From positions 518,606-582,605 of the forward strand of contig MU004196.1 of assembly GCA_010093605.1 (NCBI GenBank): a DNA stretch of 64,000 nucleotides, given 5' to 3'. Below the pieces are notes generated by a model that had not been told where the DNA came from, ran no database searches, and saw only the letters and a program-made list of their open reading frames with translations. The translations under genes were made by a program, and so were the position numbers. Below, one piece after another: positions 62,133-64,000 of the stretch. Positions within the stretch are counted from its first letter, which is position 1. The number at the start of each line of letters is the position of its first letter. The stretch comes from Lophium mytilinum. Taxonomy: Eukaryota.

Positions 62133-64000
62133 TCAAAGATCGACCTTGATTATAAGAACGTATCCCGAGTAACATCCAACAGCAATATTGTTGTTGCAGA
62201 CAGCCACTACATCGTCCCCAGCGAAGGATATGTACTCGTGTGGAAGGCGAAGGACAGGCTTCCCCTTGAAGACAAGCCATTCATTTTCTACTGATAAATC
62301 AGATCGAAGGTATTGTTCGTCAAGAGGTTCATTCGGGAACGCAACTGCGCTGACTTGTGAAGGATTGCATGCTACAGTGTCGATGAGCGCGTCGAGTGTG
62401 TGTAGCAGCGTGCCCTTGGTCGCGTCCAAAACCCGTACTGTGGAGTCCCACGAGCCCGACGCCAGCTTCGGGCCGTCCCCGACCCGCGAGAACGCAACCG
62501 CCAAAACTCCTTCAGAATGGCCCTCAAGCGTGTGCTTCAGCGTGCCCTTTGCCGCGTCCCAGACCCGCACTGTGTTATCTCTTGAGCCCGACGCCAGCAT
62601 TGAGCCGTCCCTATCCTGCGAGAATGCAACTGCCAAGACTGATGAAGAATGGCCGCAAAGCGTGAACAGCAGCTCGCCTGTGGCCACGTCCCAAACCCGT
62701 ATTGTAGTGTCCTGCGAGCCCGATGCCAGCTTCAAGCCATCCTGTGAGAACGCAATATCGTTTACTCTATAAGAATGGCGGTCAGGCGTCTGCTGCACCG
62801 TGCCTATTGGTGCGGTCATGTCCCAGACCCGCACCGTTTTGTCTTGTGAACCCGATGCCAATTTCAAGCCGTCTCGTGAGAACGCAACTGCGAGGATGAA
62901 TGAAGAATGGCCGTAGAGCGTGTACTGTAGCGTGCCCGTGGCTACGTCCCAGACCCGTACTTCCTCTTCACTCGACGCCAGCTTCGAGCCGTCCCACGAG
63001 AACGCAACTGCGGTTAATCGCACCGAATGGCACTTAAGCGTGTGTTGTAGCGCGCCCGTGGTCGCATCCCAGACCGTTATTGTCCCGTCAATTGAATTTG
63101 ACGCCAGCTTCGAGCCGTCTCGCGACAATGCAACCCTGTTACCCAGTACAAAATCGCCCTTGAGTGTGTGCTGAAGCGTGCCCTTGGCCACATCCCAGAC
63201 CCGCAGTATCTTGTCTGATGAAATGGATGTCAGCGTTAAGCCGTTCTGTGAGAACGCAACCGCTTGAAGTCTCTTGGAGTTGTCGGTAGCTCTAAGTGTG
63301 TGCTGTAGCGTGCCATTAGCTGCGTCACAAATCCCTACCTCCCCAAGAGACAAACCCCACGCTAGAATCGAACCATCCGGTGAAAACGCGAATACATTAG
63401 CTGTAGCGATATCGCTGTCATGTGTGTACTGCAGCGTGCCCGCGGCCACGTCCCAAACCCGCACCGTCTTGTCGCTTGAACCTGATACAAGCTTCGAGCT
63501 ATCAGATGAAAATGCGACAGCCCCAACATATTGTCCATGGCCATGAAGCGTCTGCTGTAGCGCGCCTGTAGCTGCGTCCCAGATCCGCACTGTCCTGTCG
63601 AGCGAACCCGATGCCAACAATGAGCCGTCCTGCGAAAAAGCAACCGCGCTCACGGATGAACCATGGCCCTCGAGCGTCTGTAAGCACGCGCTCCATTCAT
63701 CTGATAAAGAGGAGTGAACTGTAATCCCCTTTGGTGTTTCCTGCTTGAAGTAACTTCTTATCAGGCTGCGAACCGGACTAAATACGAGCGCAGACGCGTA
63801 TGCCTGGAGAGGACTGGTCTCTATTGCCACCTTGTGGTACATGATAAATCGGTATGCATCGTGAACCAATTCGAGTAATCTGGATGCGTCTGTTCTTGTC
63901 TATATAATCTTAGTATACGTTACGCTTGAAGGCTAGAAGAAGCATACTTTGAGGAGAGATTCGAGTTTCGCTACTGATGCCGCCCCTTCTGACATGCTCC
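62133..64000 (-). CDS. HET-E-like (NWD/HNWD) WD40 NLR-type protein, 3' part only
   Basis: SMSEGAASVAKLESLLK|...LVHDAYRFIMYHKVAIETSPLQAYASALVFSP...WSACLQTLEGH (intron 63900-63947), followed by 10 WD40 repeats of about 42 aa. A NACHT domain is expected outside the window. Confidence 0.9.

Noticed and set aside
61914..62294. 126-aa ORF overlapping the 3' end of the WD40 gene
   Set aside because: Partly antisense to a confident CDS, with no motif support.
62330..63680. Regularly spaced repeats resembling a CRISPR array
   Set aside because: They are coding WD40 repeats in a eukaryotic gene.

Overview
Eukaryotic DNA from a filamentous ascomycete (Pezizomycotina; Dothideomycete-like is my inference), with short GT-AG introns and CTRAC-type branch points. 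The window holds about 24 protein-coding genes. Housekeeping genes include SWC4, RAE1/GLE2, RAD52, FOL3-like, a Yfh7-like kinase, DUF1761, an EamA transporter, PNGase A and NAT2/FAM210. Fast-evolving or defence-type genes include a HET-domain gene, F-box genes, a patatin-C2H2 gene and the 3' part of a HET-E-like WD40 gene. The ORF track misses several features. (1) A complete RNase MRP RNA gene (about 28283-28740) lies head-to-head with RAE1. (2) A 280-bp foldback element with 107-bp arms sits upstream of a Zn2Cys6 transcription factor. (3) Two unusually long introns each hold an RNA hairpin; in one, a 29-bp stem pairs fully only on the transcribed strand. The most interesting protein is a 2H phosphoesterase + EEP + MJ1316(DUF504) RNA-end-processing fusion with no poly(A)-polymerase module. 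All calls come from reading the sequence by eye; no searches were run.
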